64,000 nt of DNA from positions 22,846,424 to 22,910,423 of the forward strand of contig NC_092395.1 of assembly GCF_030028105.1 (NCBI RefSeq), given 5' to 3'. The translations under genes were made by a program, and so were the position numbers. The notes beneath the pieces are model-generated. The model saw only the letters and a list, made by a program, of their open reading frames with translations, searched no databases and had not been told where the DNA came from. Below, in pieces: positions 28,001 through 41,218 of this stretch. Position 1 is the stretch's first letter, and every line of letters starts with the position of its first letter. The stretch comes from Mobula birostris (Eukaryota).

Positions 28001-28730
28001 TCTATAAAACTCTGGTTAGGCCACACTTGGAGTATTGTGTCCAGTTCTGGTCACCTCACTATAGGAAGGATGTGGAAGCATTGGAAAGGGTACAGAGGAG
28101 ATTTACCAGGATGCTGCCTGGTTTAGAAAGTATGCATTATGATCAGAGATTAAGGGAGCTAGGGCTTTACTCTTTGAAGAGAAGGAGGATGAGAGGAGAC
28201 ATGATAGAGGTGTACAAGATAATAAGAGGAATAGATAGAGTGGATAGCCAGCGCCTCTTCCCCAGGGCACCACTGCTCAATACAAGAGGACATGGCTTTA
28301 AGGTAAGGGGTGGGAAGTTCAAGGGGGCTATCAGAGGAAGGTTTTTTTACTCAGAGAGTGGTTGGTGCGTGGAATGCACTGCCTGAGTCAGTGGTGGAGG
28401 CAGATACACTAGTGAAGATTAAGAGACTAATAGACAGGTATATGGAGGAATCTAAGGTGGGGGCTTATATGGGAGGCAGGGTTTGAGGGTTGGCACAACA
28501 TTGTGGGCCGAAGGGCCTGTACTGTGCTGTACTATTCTATGTTCGCTGCACAGTATTTTTGACTTATTTCTATTTTCCTCTTCCTCGATCCTAACACCTT
28601 GGTTTCCTTCCCCTTGCCAACTTAGTTTAAACCCTCCCTAACAGCTATATTAAACAATCCTGCTAGGATATTAGTACCTTTTGAGTTTAGGTGTAATCCA
28701 TCTTTTTTGTACAAGTCATACCTTCCCCCT
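25030..28730 (-). mobile_element. CR1 LINE with near-complete frameshifted ORF2 and the end of ORF1, interrupted by a second CR1
   Basis: APE endonuclease (LNARSI, ITESWL, GDFN, SSDH) and RT ORFs at 25283-28026. 28620-28730 encodes the ORF1 end (KKDGLHLNSKGTNILAG...EGLN stop). Confidence 0.92.
27993..28544 (+). mobile_element. CR1 3' fragment nested in the opposite-strand CR1
   Basis: LYKTLVRPHLEYCVQFWSP... and tail GTACTATTCTATGTT; the host element resumes after 28544. Confidence 0.88.
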
Positions 28731-28935
28731 GGTACAGCAATTCTACTGTATTAAGCTGCAAAGTTACAACTGCTACGTACAGTATCAGGCCCATTACAAA
28801 TTAAATTTTGATAATCTTCACTTGGTAGATCGTAGAGGATTCCATGCCAACATACAAGGATAATGTTGAAGATCCTTGAAACAAAAATACATTCCATTGA
28901 CTCCCTGTATCTTATATTCTAATCACATTAATTAC

Positions 28936-29071
28936 CGAGAAAGACAGTGACATTCTTGCTGTTCTTAGCCATGTTCATTTCTAGCACAAAATCTGAGTGC
29001 GTCTTGAAGTTCAGGAGAGCCGATTTCTTTTTACGAAGTGCCACCACTTCCTTAAGGATATCTGTGTTGTC
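28936..29071 (-). CDS. THOP1: THOP1 coding exon 6 (not in the ORF track)
   Basis: ctag|GAC ... TCG|gtaat; DNTDILKEVVALRKKKSALLNFKTHSDFVLEMNMAKNSKNVTVFL; 136 nt. Confidence 0.95.
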
Positions 29072-30168
29072 CTAGACCAACAAAAAGAAAAATTTGCTTA
29101 TGTCTTTATACTAAAGCACTAAGTAATACAAGTGGCTGTACACCCTTGCTATGCCCAATCATGCTTTGAAACTACTTGCTGAGTATACAGTACTTAGTTA
29201 TGCAGAGCAGAAAGGCCCTACATTCCAATGACAGGAGGGGATACGGAAGTCATACTACACTCCTGTTGATTACAATTTAGATTCTGGGTGGAGAGCGCAA
29301 GATACAATGTTTCAAATTGTGACTCAAAGGGCCTGTTCCTGAGCTGTAATGTTCTGAGTGCAGCTACAACATACAGATTGCACTCCTGACAAGACTTTAT
29401 GGAAAAAATTAACGTAAATGCTCAAAATAAATAACATTACTAGAAAAGAACGACACTTTCCTGTGGAGGGGGGGCTGATACCTTATAGTTTTAGAATCAA
29501 GAGTTTGATACTTACCTCAGGTGCTGTCTGTGCAGAGCTTGTATGCTTTCGACACAATTGCATTAGCTTCATCTAGGTGTTTTGATTTCCTTTCATATCC
29601 CAATAACCTGCTGGTGGATTTATCTGGCTACTGTAAACCATTTGCTAGTGTAGATTAACAGCGGGAAAGAATCATAGGGAATTTATTGGGCATGTGCAAT
29701 AAACTGCATGGGTAGAGGGAATGACATAAATCTAATAGAAACAATACCCTCTATCTACCTAGTTACAAGTATATCTTTTGGGCATTCAAGGTGAACAGTT
29801 TAAAAAAAAACCTTGCAAATATTAGGCAGTACTAAAATAGATACGTCATTTAAGAACTTCAAAGAAGGACAGGCTTAACATGGAGAGTAAACATACTAAT
29901 GATTAAAAAGTGACATGGTATTTATATTAAACAGAAGTAGAGGCATTAATAAGAGACTTAACAGAAAGTTCCTTAATTGATAAGTGGAAAGGGTGCATTG
30001 GCTGAAGCAAACAGAATACATGTATTTAACAGAAAATAATTATGCACCAGAAAGAAATAATGAAAGGTAAGCTGAAACAAATATGCAACAGAGCAGAACA
30101 ACTTGCCAGTTTTTGTGCTGTAAATTCTCTGTTATTGAACAGAGGTTATCAAGTAAAGCCAAGCCTAC

Positions 30169-30329
30169 CTTCATACAACGGGAGTTGAAGGCTTGCTCCA
30201 TCTTCCTCCTGGTTTCTGGGACGTAGCACTTCTTCATTAAAGGAAAATAATGTGGATATTTTAGTGTCACCTTTAGCATCCCGGTTTCTGTTTTTTCCAA
30301 GCCACTGATAAAGTCATCAGGGAGACCAC
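30169..30329 (-). CDS. THOP1: THOP1 coding exon 5
   Basis: ttccag|GT ... AAG|gtagg; [13 protein letters not shown]...[16 protein letters not shown]...FNSRCMK; 161 nt. Confidence 0.96.
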
Positions 30330-30665
30330 CTGGAAGCACAATATGCCATTATCAACATCAAAGCCAAAAATCACTTCAATAAAACTCAGTATTTATATTA
30401 CTCACTCAACATATAATAAAAGATCTAACAATTGATTCAAATGAGAAACATAGGTTTGGCCTCCGGAAAAGCTGCTAAACTCATTCAGTGATATGAAGAG
30501 AGTCTCATTTATTCTCTAATCTGCATCAAGTAATCTTAATTTAATCAAACAGTTGCAGGAAACTCTACACACTGCTGTATGAAAGCACGGCAGCGCCCTA
30601 CTTTCGAGGTTTGCATTGATTCAGCACGTCATCTAAAAATTAGACAAACTTTTAGAGATGTGTGG

Positions 30666-30904
30666 TGTTGCGCATCATGTATTTAATAATATTTGAGTAA
30701 TATTGTAAATATTGTTTGATTAAGCATTCTTTGTTGTTTAAGTAATTCATTATGGTTATATGTACAAAGTATGTGAATGGCATACATCAACACCCCACAT
30801 GATATGCATGTGCCTCGTTTAAAATAAAATCGAAGTAAATGACTAATCTCCCTTGTTTCCCTTCTGATTAGTTTTTAACGCTTTGGAGTTACAAAGCATA
30901 ACAA
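30666..30904. mobile_element. Probable solo LTR
   Basis: TGTTG...TAACA termini and an internal AATAAA; interrupts the Rex sequence. Confidence 0.5.
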
Positions 30905-31396
30905 ATATATTGACTGGTTACATCATGGCCTGGTATGAACACGCCAATGCCCTTGAATGGAAAAGCCTACAACCCAGTCCAGCAGTGGGGAAGTCCTCCC
31001 CACCACTGAGCACATCTACATGGAGTGATGTTGCAGGAAAGCAGCATCCATCATCAGGACCCCCCCCTTCCCCCTCCCCACCACCCAGGCCAAGCTCTCT
31101 TCTCGCTGCTGCCATCAAGATGGTAGGAGCCTCAGGACCCACATCACCAGGTTTAGGAATAATTATTACCCCTCAACTATCAGGCTCTTGAACCAGAGGG
31201 GATAACTTCACTCACCCCCAACACCGAACTGTTCCCACAATCTATGGACTCACTTTCAAAGACTCTTCATCTCATGTTATCGATACTTATTGCTTTTTTA
31301 AAATTTATTTGTTGCATTTGCAGTTTGTTGTATTTTGCGCATGGGTTGTTTGTCTGTCTTCTTGTGTGTGGCCAATCATTGATTCTATTGTGTTTC

Positions 31397-33419
31397 CATA
31401 TAACCATATAACAATTACAGCATGGAAATAGGCCATCTTGGCCCTTCTAGCCCGTGCCAAACTCTTACTCTCACCTAGTCCCACTGACCTGCACTGAGCC
31501 CATAACCCTCCATTCCTTTCCTGTCCACATACCTATCCAATTTAACTTTAAATGACAACATCGAAACTGCCTCAACCACTTCTGCTGGAAGCTCGTTCCA
31601 CACAGCTACCACTCTCTAAAGTAGTTGCCCCTCATGTTACCCCTAAACTTTTGCCCTTTAACTCTCAACTCATGTTCTCTTGTTTGAATCTCCCCCATTC
31701 CCAATGGAAAAAGCCTATCCACATCAACTCTATCTATCCCCCTCATAATTTTAAACACCTCTATCAAGTCCCCCCTTAACCTTCTACACTCCAAAGAGTA
31801 AAGACCCAACTTGTTCAACCTTTCTTTGTAACTTAGGTGCTGAAACCCAGGTAACACTCTAGTAAATCTTCTCTGTACTCTCTCAATTTTGTTGACATCT
31901 TTCCTATAATTCGGTGTCCAGAACTGTACACAATACTCTAAATTTGGCCTTACCAATGCCTTGTACAATTTCAACATTACATCCTAACTCCTATACTCAG
32001 TGCTCTGATTTATAAAGGCCAGCATACCAAAAGCTTTTTTCACCACCCTATCCACATGAGATTCCACCTTCAGGGAACTATGCACCATTATTCCTAGATC
32101 CCTCTGTCCTACTGCATTCTTCAATGCCCTACCATTTACCATGCATGTCCTATGTTGATTAGTCCTACCAAAATGTAGCACCTCACACTTATCAGCATTG
32201 AACTCCATCTGCCATCTTTCAGCCCATCCTTCTAACTGGCCTAAATCCCTCTGCAAGTTTTGAAAACCTACTTCATTATCCACAACTCCACCTATCTTCG
32301 TATCATCTGCATTCCTACTAATCCAATTTACCACCCCATCATCCAGATCATTAATAGATATGACAAACAACATTGGACCCAGTACAGATCTCTGAGGCAC
32401 ACCAGTAGACACCGGTCTCCAACCTGACAAACAGTTATCCACCACCACTCTCTGGCATCTCCTATCCAGCCAATGCTGAATCCATCTTACTACTTCAATA
32501 TTAATACCTAACGATTGAACCTTCCTAACTAACCTTCCGTGTGGAATCTTGTCAAAGGCCTTACTGAAGTCCACATAGACAACATCCACCGCTTTACTCT
32601 TGTCAACCTTCCTAGTAACCTCTTCAAAAAACTTAATAAGATTTGTCATCATGACTTTCCACGCACAAATCCATGTTGACTGTTCCTAATCAGACCCTGT
32701 CTGTCTAGACAATTATATATACCATCTCTAAGAATACTTTCCATCAATTTACCCACCGCTGACGTCTAAGTCACAGGCCGATAATTGCTAGGTTTACTCT
32801 TAGAACCCTTTTTAAACAATGGAACAACATGAGCAATACGCCAATCCTCCAGCACCATCCCCGTTTCTAACGACATTTGAAATATTTCTGTCAGAGCCAC
32901 TGCTATTTCCACACTAACTTCCCTCAAGGTCCTAGGGAATATCCTGTCAGGATCCAGACACTTATCCACTTTTATATTCCTTAAAAGCGCCAGTACTTCC
33001 TCTTCTTTAATCATCATACTTTCCATAACTACCCTACTTGTTTCCTTTACCTTACACAATTCAATATCCTTCTCCTTAGTGAATACCGAAGAAAAGAAAT
33101 TGTTTAAAATCTCCCCCATCTCTTTTGGCTCTGCACATAGCCATCCACTCTGATTCTGTAAGGGACCAATTTTATCCCTCACTATCCTTTTGCTATTAAT
33201 ATAACTGTAGAAACCCTTTGGATATATTTTCACCTTACTTGCCAAAGCAACCTTATATCTTCTTTTAGCTTTTCTAATTTCTTTTTTAAGATTCTTTTTA
33301 CATTCTTTATATTCCTCGAACACCTCACTTACTCCAAGCTGCCTATATTTATTGTAGATCTCTCTCTTTTTCCGAACCAAGTTTCCAATATCCCTTGAAA
33401 ACCATGGCTCTCTCAAACC
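31397..33419 (-). mobile_element. CR1 LINE, 5'-truncated, inserted in the Rex 3' UTR
   Basis: RT ORFs at 31606-33473 (DFSKAFDK, GVPQ, ADDTK, LVRPNLEYC); CCATATAA-type tail. Confidence 0.92.
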
Positions 33420-34303
33420 TTGTATGTCTGCAAGAAAATGGATCTTGAGGGTTGTACATGGAGATATATGCACTTTGATAATAAATGTACTTTGAACTTT
33501 ATTGGTTTAAATATTTCACTAGCAAAACAGGCACAGAATTACTATCTCTACTTTAAAACATGGTCTGAAAATAACAAAGGAGAAAGACATGGGTTCAGTT
33601 TCATGTCCATATATTGAAATAATCCAGGTATACATAAAACACAGCCAATTGGATAAGATAGAGCGTACTCAGGATTGAAAGAAATATAATCTTCCTCATT
33701 AAGGGAAGAAAATGGACAACATACAAATGAACCAAGGACAGCATTCTATAATATTTTCTCTAATATCTGAATAAGAGCAATTTCAAATGATGAATTGAGT
33801 GTATCACAACAGTACAAGTATATTTGTTAAATGGAAAAGTCCAGCCGGATAGTTTAATCTGAAAGTTGCCACTTTATTAGGTACATCTGTACACCTGCCC
33901 ATTAATATCTAATCAGCCAATCATCTGGCAGCAATTCACTGTATAAAAGCATGTAAACATGGCCAAGAGGTTCAGTTCAAACCAAACATCAGAATGGGGA
34001 AGAAATCTGATCTAAGTGACTTTGACCGTGGAATGATTGTTAGTACCAGACAAGATGGTTTGAACATCTCAGAAACTGCTGATTTCCTGGGATTTTCACA
34101 CACAACAGTCTCAAGTTTACAGAGAATGGTGCGATAAACAAAAAAAAATCCAGTCGCAACATTTCTAAGGGTGAAAATGCCTTGTTAAGGAGAGAGGCCA
34201 GAGAAGAATGGTTCAAGCTGACAGTAACTCAAATAACCACACATTACAACAGTGGTATTCAGTACAGTATCTCTGTACACACGTCAAACCTTGAGTGGAT
34301 GAG

Positions 34304-36878
34304 TCAATAGACAATAGGTGCAGGAGTAGGCTATTCGGCCCCTCAAGCCAACACCGCCATTCACTGTGATCATGGCTGATCATCCCAATCAGTACTCTGT
34401 TCCAGCCTTCTCCCCACATCCCTTGACTCCGCTATCTTTAAGAGCTCTATCTAACTCTTTCTTGAAAGAATCCATTGAATTGGTCTCCACTTCCTTCTGA
34501 GGCAGAGCATTCCACAGATCCACAACCCTCTGTGTGAAAAAGTTTTTCCTCAACTCCGTTCTAAATGGTCTACCCCTTATTCTTAAACTGTGGCCTCTGG
34601 TTCTGGACTCCCCCAACATCGGGAACATGTTTCCTGCCTCTAGCGTGTCCAATCCCTTAATAATCTTATATGTTTCAATCAGATCCCCTCTCATCCTTCT
34701 AAATTCCAGTGTATACAAGCCTAGTCACTCCAATCTTTCAATATATGACATTCCCGCCATCCCTGGAATTAACCCAGTGAACCTACGCTGCACTCCCTCC
34801 ATAGCAAGAATGTCCTTCCTCAAATTTGGAGAGCAAAACTGCACACAATACTCCAGGTGGGGTCTCACTAGGGCCTTATACAACTGCAGAAGGACCTCTT
34901 TGCTCCAATACTCAACTCCCCTTGTTATGAAAGCCAACATGCCATTAGCTTTCTTCACTGCCTGCTGTACCTGTATGTTTAGTTTCAGTGACTGATGAAC
35001 AGGGACACCCAGATCTTGTTGTACTTCCCCTTTTCCTAACTTGACACCATTCAAATTGTAATCTGCCTTCCTGTTCTTGCCACCAAAGTGGATAACCTCA
35101 CAATTATCCACATTAAACTGCATCTGCCATGCATCTGCCCACTCATCCAACCTGTCCAAGTCACTATGCATTCTCATAACATCCTCCTCACATTTCAGTC
35201 ATCCAGCTTTGTGTCATCTGCAAATTTGCTAATGTTACTTTTAATTCCTTAATCTAAATCATTAATGTATATTGCAAATAGCTGCGGTCCCAGCACCGAG
35301 CCTTGTAGTACCCCACTAGTCACCGCCTGCCATTCTGAAAAGGACCCGTTAATCTCTACTCTTTGTTTCCTGTCTGCCAACCAATTTTCTGTCCAGGTCA
35401 GTACCCTACCCCCAATACCATGTGCTCTAATCTTGCCCACTAACCTCCTATGTGGGACCTTATCAAAGGCTTTCTGAAAGTCCAGGTACATACACTACAT
35501 CCACTGGCTTTCCCATGTCCATTTTCATAGTTACATCCTCAAAAAATTCCAGAAGATTAGTTAAGCATGATTTCCCCTTCGCAAATCCATGCTGACTCAG
35601 ACCTATCCTGCTACTGCTATCCAAATATGCCGCTATTACATCTTTTATAATTGACTCCAGCATCTTTCCCACCACTGCTGTCAGATTAACTGGTCGATAA
35701 TTGCCTGTTTTCTCTCTCCCTCCTTTCTTAAAAAGTAGAATAACATTAGCTATCCTCCAATCCACAGGAACTGATCCTGAATCTATAGAACATTGGAAAA
35801 TGATTACCAAAGCGTCCACAATTTCTAGAGCCACCTCCTTAAGTACCCTGGTATGCAGACCATCAGGCCCTGGGGAGTTATCACCCTTCAGTCCCATCAG
35901 TTTACCCAACACCATTTTCTGCCTAATACGAATTTCCTTCAGTTCCTCCATTACCCTAGGTCCTCTGGCCACTATTACATCTGGGAGATTGTTTGTGTCT
36001 TCCCTAGTGAAGACAGATCTAAAGTACCTGTTCAGCTCGTCTGCCACTTCCTTGTTCCCCATTATAATTTCACCCCGTTTCTGTCTTCAAGGGCCCAACT
36101 TTGGTCTTAACTAATTTTTTCCTCTTCACATACCTAAAGAAGCTTTTACTATCCTCCTTTATATTCTTAGCTAGCTTACCTTCGTACCTCATCTTCCCCC
36201 GCCCCTCCCCATATTCCCTTTTTAGTTATCTTCTGTTGCTCCTTAAAAGTCTCCCAATCCTCTGGCTTCCCACTCATCGTTGCTATGCTATATTTCCTCT
36301 CTACTTTTATACTATCCTTGTCATCCATGGTCGCCCCTTACTCCCCTTAGAATCTTTCTTCCTCTTTGGAATGAACTGATCCTGCACCTTCCGTATTATT
36401 CCCAGAAATACCTGCCATTGTTGTTCCACTGTCATCCCTGCTAGGGTATCTTTCCAGTCAACTTTGGCCAGCTCCTCTCTCATGGGTGCATAGTCCCCTT
36501 TGTTCAACTGTAATACTGACACTTCCGATTTTCCCTACTCCCTCTCAAATTGTAGATTAAAACTTATCATGTTATGGTCACTACCTCCTAATGGCTCCTT
36601 TACCTCAAGTTCCCTCATCAAATCTGGCTCATTACACAACACTAAATCCAGAATTGCCTTCTCCCTGGTAGGCTCTAATACAGGCTGCTCTAAGAATCCA
36701 TCTGTGAGGCATTCCACAAACGCCCTTTCAACCAACCTGATTTTCCCACATGTTGAAATCCCCCATAACAACCGTAGTATTATCTTTGCGACATGCCAAT
36801 TTTAACTCTTGATTTAACTTGCACCCTATATCCAGGCTACTGCTTGGGAACCTGTAGATAAATCCCATTAGTGTCTTT
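34304..36878 (-). mobile_element. CR1 LINE, frameshifted ORF2
   Basis: Endonuclease end (GGSDHNMI) and RT fragments; CAATAGACAATAG tail. Confidence 0.92.
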
Positions 36879-36885
36879 TTATATA

Positions 36886-38813
36886 CCGTAAATTCCGGTG
36901 TACAAGCCGAGAATTTGACCCTAAATTTTGGTCCTAAAATTAGGGAGTTGGCTTATACAGAGGGTGCCAACTTTGGAAAAATGAATACAGGGAAGACAGG
37001 TCGTATTTATTGGCTGTTTTTGAGTCAAATTCATTCCACTGTCGATGCAGGAGTTCTTTGAATGGTTTGTTTAAACTCCCATCTAGTGGCTGGATCACGG
37101 ACATCAAACCACCGGGGATGACTGCAATGTCCGTATTTTCAGCTTTCAATACTGCTTTTGTCCCACCTGACAAGTGCGCTTTGAACATATCCCAGACAAG
37201 TAGCAACTTTTCCTTCCCGAAACCTCGGGGACATCGACACCACACCTCTTTAACCCACTTCAAGCAACCCACTTCATCCATCCAGCAGCGTTTTTGGACA
37301 TAAACACCCCCCGCAGGAATTTTCTGAGCAATCTTTGTTTTTTGTCTCAACACAACATCACGTCTATTCATAAAATTTTGCGTAGCTTTGAAATTTTTGC
37401 TGACCTCACGGTGTTTTTCGTCCCATTTCAACACTTGAACTTGAATTATTTCTCTGGTAACAATGTATCCAGTCGATCGCTGGTGATTCCACCCACTCTA
37501 AAACTTTTTCTTCCAGTTCTGGCCACTGGCATGTTTTCCCGCAGTTTGCACATTTCGTCTTTAGCATTTCCCTCAGTGTGTCCTCTGCCTTTCTCCATTC
37601 TCTCACTTGTTTCCCGTTTACGCTAAACTTCTTAGCAGCTGCAGAATTATTTGTTCCTTTAGCAAAATCAACAACCTCCCAGGAGGAGGGAGAAGATGGC
37701 AGCGCGTGCAGCCACGTCAGTGATGATATCTGTTATCTGTCAAGTAGGGGATCGTGCCCAATTCTGATTTGATGGAGACGGACGTGAGAGCACAGAGGAA
37801 CATCCGGAAAACTTCTGAAATGCCCACTTTGCTGCCGCTACTACTGTGTGGTAACCAGAATCTCCGGAGCTGAAGGCCTTGAAATCCTTGGCTTTGCATG
37901 TTTCAGCGGCCGGGGAGAGGTCGAAGGCACTCGGCAGAGGATGGCGCTGGGAGGCTGTATCGGGGAGGCTGGTCGGAAGCTCGAAGTTTTCAGACGGATG
38001 GACTTAGTGTCGGCTGCTTCCAAGGTACTGGCAAGTTGACGGTGCCTGGAGATTTAAGGCAGGGAGTTTCTCCCTTTTGCCGCCTGTTATTGGGGACTCG
38101 GGGAGTCGATCGACTCGGGACTTTGAGACTTCTTTTTACTGGGCCCATGGTCTGTTCATCAAATTATGGTATTGCTTGGCACTGCTGTAACTACATGTTA
38201 TAATTATGTGGTTCTGTCAGTGTTAGTCTTTGGTCTGTCCTGTTTTCTGTGATATCACTCCGGAGAAACATTCTATCATTTCTTAATGCATGTATGCATT
38301 TCTAAATGACAGTAAAAGAGGACTGAGTGTTCTCATGATCTAATCTAACCTTCAGCTTGAAGCCAGCATCATATCGCATTCGTTTTAATCTTTTGTACAT
38401 GGTGGTCGCAAACTCAATACTGAGCACAGATACTGATCCCACCACCCCATGTTATGTTTTAACGAGATTACGGTGGGCGCGAAATGGTTTCACGGGGGTT
38501 ACATTCCAGAGGATCCTTTACCATTGGGAACCTAATCCAAAACTTCCCTCCCTGATTTATTTATTAAGAATTTGCTTACAACGCCCTGCAATGTGTAGGC
38601 CTGTTTTCTTAGCAGGTACTGGTTCACAAAATTGCCAGGTTCTGGATCCAGCAAAGCTGAGTACCGGCATATGAGATCTTGTGATCTTTTCTGGTTAAAT
38701 CAAAAACCTCTACAAAAGGGGTTGGCTTATACAAAGGTAACATGAAAAAGTCACTTTTTTAACCTTGAAAATGGGGGGGGGGGGTTGGGTCGGCTTATAC
38801 TTCAAATATACGA
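36886..38813 (-). mobile_element. pogo-family (POGK-like) DNA transposon, decayed
   Basis: TA-CCGTAAATTCCGGTGTACAAGCCG ... CGGCTTATACTTCAAATATACGA-TA termini. ATG at 38400 gives MYKRLKRMRYDAGFKLKVVDFAK...AAAKKFSV..KQVREWRK (Brinker-type DNA-binding domain); DDE part LLVWDMFKAH...IPGG..QPLD..LNKPFK. Confidence 0.88.
37678..38346 (+). mobile_element. Non-autonomous retroposon inserted in the pogo ORF
   Basis: AACCT duplicated at 37673-37677 and 38347-38351; 5' AAGATGGC motif; CTAATCTAA tail. The pogo reading frame is restored on removal. Confidence 0.75.
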
Positions 38814-39689
38814 TAATCCACAAACATATACTCAGTGGCCACTTTATAAGGTATAGGGGATACCTGATAAAGTGGCCACTAAGTGTATAAAGACAACAAA
38901 AACTCACACCAAGGCCACAGAGTATGAAAACAAAAGAGATAGCAAATGCAGAAATCAAGAACCAAAAAAAAACTCAAATTACTCCTTAGGTCAAACATCA
39001 TCTGTGGAAGCAAAAGATGGTCATCTCAAACTTCTAGCTGCATATCAATTTAAATCTCTTTCCCACTCCCACCGTGACCTGTCTGCCCTTGGCCTTTCTC
39101 CCCTTAACTAGGGAGAAGATATACACATTAGGAGAAAGCATCTCATATTTCACTTGGGTGCCTTTCAACTCTATAATATAATTGATGATTTGGGTTACCC
39201 ACACTTACTCACTTCTCCGCCATTTTTTTGTCCATTTATTCATCCCTCTACACTCCCGGTTGTACCTATCCATGATCCTCTCCCATCTGGCTCCACCTAT
39301 CACCCAACAGCCTTCATACTGCTATACATGAGCAATTTTTTTTAGATTTCTTCCCAGTCTGATGTAGTCTTGACAAGAAGCATCAAGTCATACCTTTTAA
39401 GAGATGCTTGGATAAATACATGGATGGGTTGGGATATGGAGGGCTGAGGTCAAGGTACAAGTCAATGGCACTAGACAGAATAATAGTTTCATACATAACT
39501 AGATTGGCCAAAGGGTCCGTTTCTGTGGGGCAGTCCTCTATAACTCCACAGATACTGCATGACTCACTGAGTCCTTTCAACGCTCTGCTTTTTTGAAATG
39601 ACTATGTAGATAAGATTGTTTTATATCACAATTCTAAAAAGGGACAATGAATGTTCTATCTAACAATGGATCAAAACAATATATACGTA

Positions 39690-41218
39690 CAGTGACATGC
39701 AAAAGTTTGGGCACCCCTGGTCAAAATTTCTGTTACTGTGAATAGCTAAGCGAGTAGAGGATCTCCATAAGTCATAAAGTTAAAGATGAAACATTCTTTT
39801 CAACATTTTAAGCAAGATTAGTGTATTATTTTTGTTTTGTACAATTTTAGAGTGGAAAAAAAAAAAGGAAAGGAGCACCATGCAAAAGTTTAGGCACCCC
39901 AAGAGATTTGAGCTCTCAGATAACTTTTTACCAAGGTCTCAGACCTTAATTAGCTTGTTAGGGCTATGGTTTGTTCACAGTCATTGTTAGAAAAGGCCAA
40001 GTGATGCAAATTTCAAAGCTTTATAAATACCCTGACTCCTCAAACCTTGTCCCAACAACCAGCAGCCATGGGGCTCCTCTAAGCAGCTGGCTAGCACTCT
40101 GAAAATTAAAATAATTGATGCCCGCAAACTAGGAGAAGGCTATAAGATAGCAAAACGTTTTCAGGCAGCCGGTTCCTCAGTTCGTAACCTAATTAAGAAA
40201 TGGCAGTTAACAGGAACAGTGTAAGTCAAGTTGAGATCTGGAAGATCAAGAAAACTTTCCGAGAGAATTGCTCGTAGGATTGCTAGAAAGGCAAATCAAA
40301 ATCCCCGTTTGACTGCAAAAGACCTTCAGGAAGATTTAGCAGACTCTGGAGTGGTGGGCACTGTTCTACTGTGTAGCGACACCTGCATAAATATGACCTT
40401 CATGGAAGAGTCATCAGAAGAAAACCTTTCTTGTGTCATCACCACAAAATTCAGCGTCAGAAGTTTGCAAAGCCTGATGCATTTTGGAAACAAGTCCTGT
40501 GGACTGATGAAGTTAAAATCGAAGTTTTTGGCCGCAATGAGCACGGAGTTGGATCGATCATGCTTTGGGCTTGTGTTGCAGCCAATGGCACAGGAAACAT
40601 TTTACTGGTAGAGGAAGAACGAATTCAGTTAAATACCAGCAAATTCTGGAAGCAAACATCACACCATCTGTAAAAAGCTGAAGATGAAAAGAGGATGGCT
40701 TCTGCAAAAGGATAATGACCCTAAACACACCTCAAAATCCACAATGGACTACCTCAAGAGGCGCAAGCTGAAAGTTTTGCCATAGCCCTCACAGTCCCCC
40801 GACGGAAACATCATCGAAAATCTGTGGATAGACCTCAAAAGAGCAGTGTATGCAAGACTGCCCAGAATCTCACAGAACTAGAAGCCTTTTGCAAGGAAGA
40901 ATGGGCGAAAATCCTCCAAACAAGAATTGAAAGACTCTTAGCTGGCTACAGAAAGTGTTTACAAGCTGTGATATTTGCCAAAGTGAGTGTTACTAAGTAC
41001 TGACCATGCAGGGTGCCCAAACTTTTGCTTCGGGCCCTTCTCCTTTTTTGTTATTTTGAAACTGTAAAAAATGGAAAAAGTAATCTTGCTTAAAATATTA
41101 AAGAAATGTATCATCTTTAACTTTATGCCTTTTGGAAATCAGGTCATCCTTTATTCGCTTAGCTATTCACAGTAACAGAAATTTTGACCAGGGGTGACCA
41201 AACTTTTGCATGCCACTG
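39690..41218 (+). mobile_element. Tc1 IR/DR-type transposon with long TIRs and defective transposase
   Basis: TA-CAGTGACATGCAAAAGTTTGGGCACCCCTGG ... CCAGGGGTGACCAAACTTTTGCATGCCACTG-TA. Inner DRs near 39877 and 41010. [35 protein letters not shown] motifs. Confidence 0.93.

Larger units (their letters stand above)
30590..33500 (+). mobile_element. Rex1/Babar 3' fragment split by two later insertions
   Basis: ILTGYIMAWY-type remnant. The 3' UTR stops at about 31396 and resumes at 33420, ending AATAAATGTACTTTGAACTTT. Confidence 0.7.
33860..38888 (+). mobile_element. Tc1-derived non-autonomous element in two pieces (33860-34303 and 38816-38888)
   Basis: Left TIR-like GCCACTTTATTAGGTACA. The right piece carries CTCAGTGGCCACTTTATAAGGTA and its inverse TACCTGATAAAGTGGCCACTAAGTG-TA. 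Confidence 0.6.
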
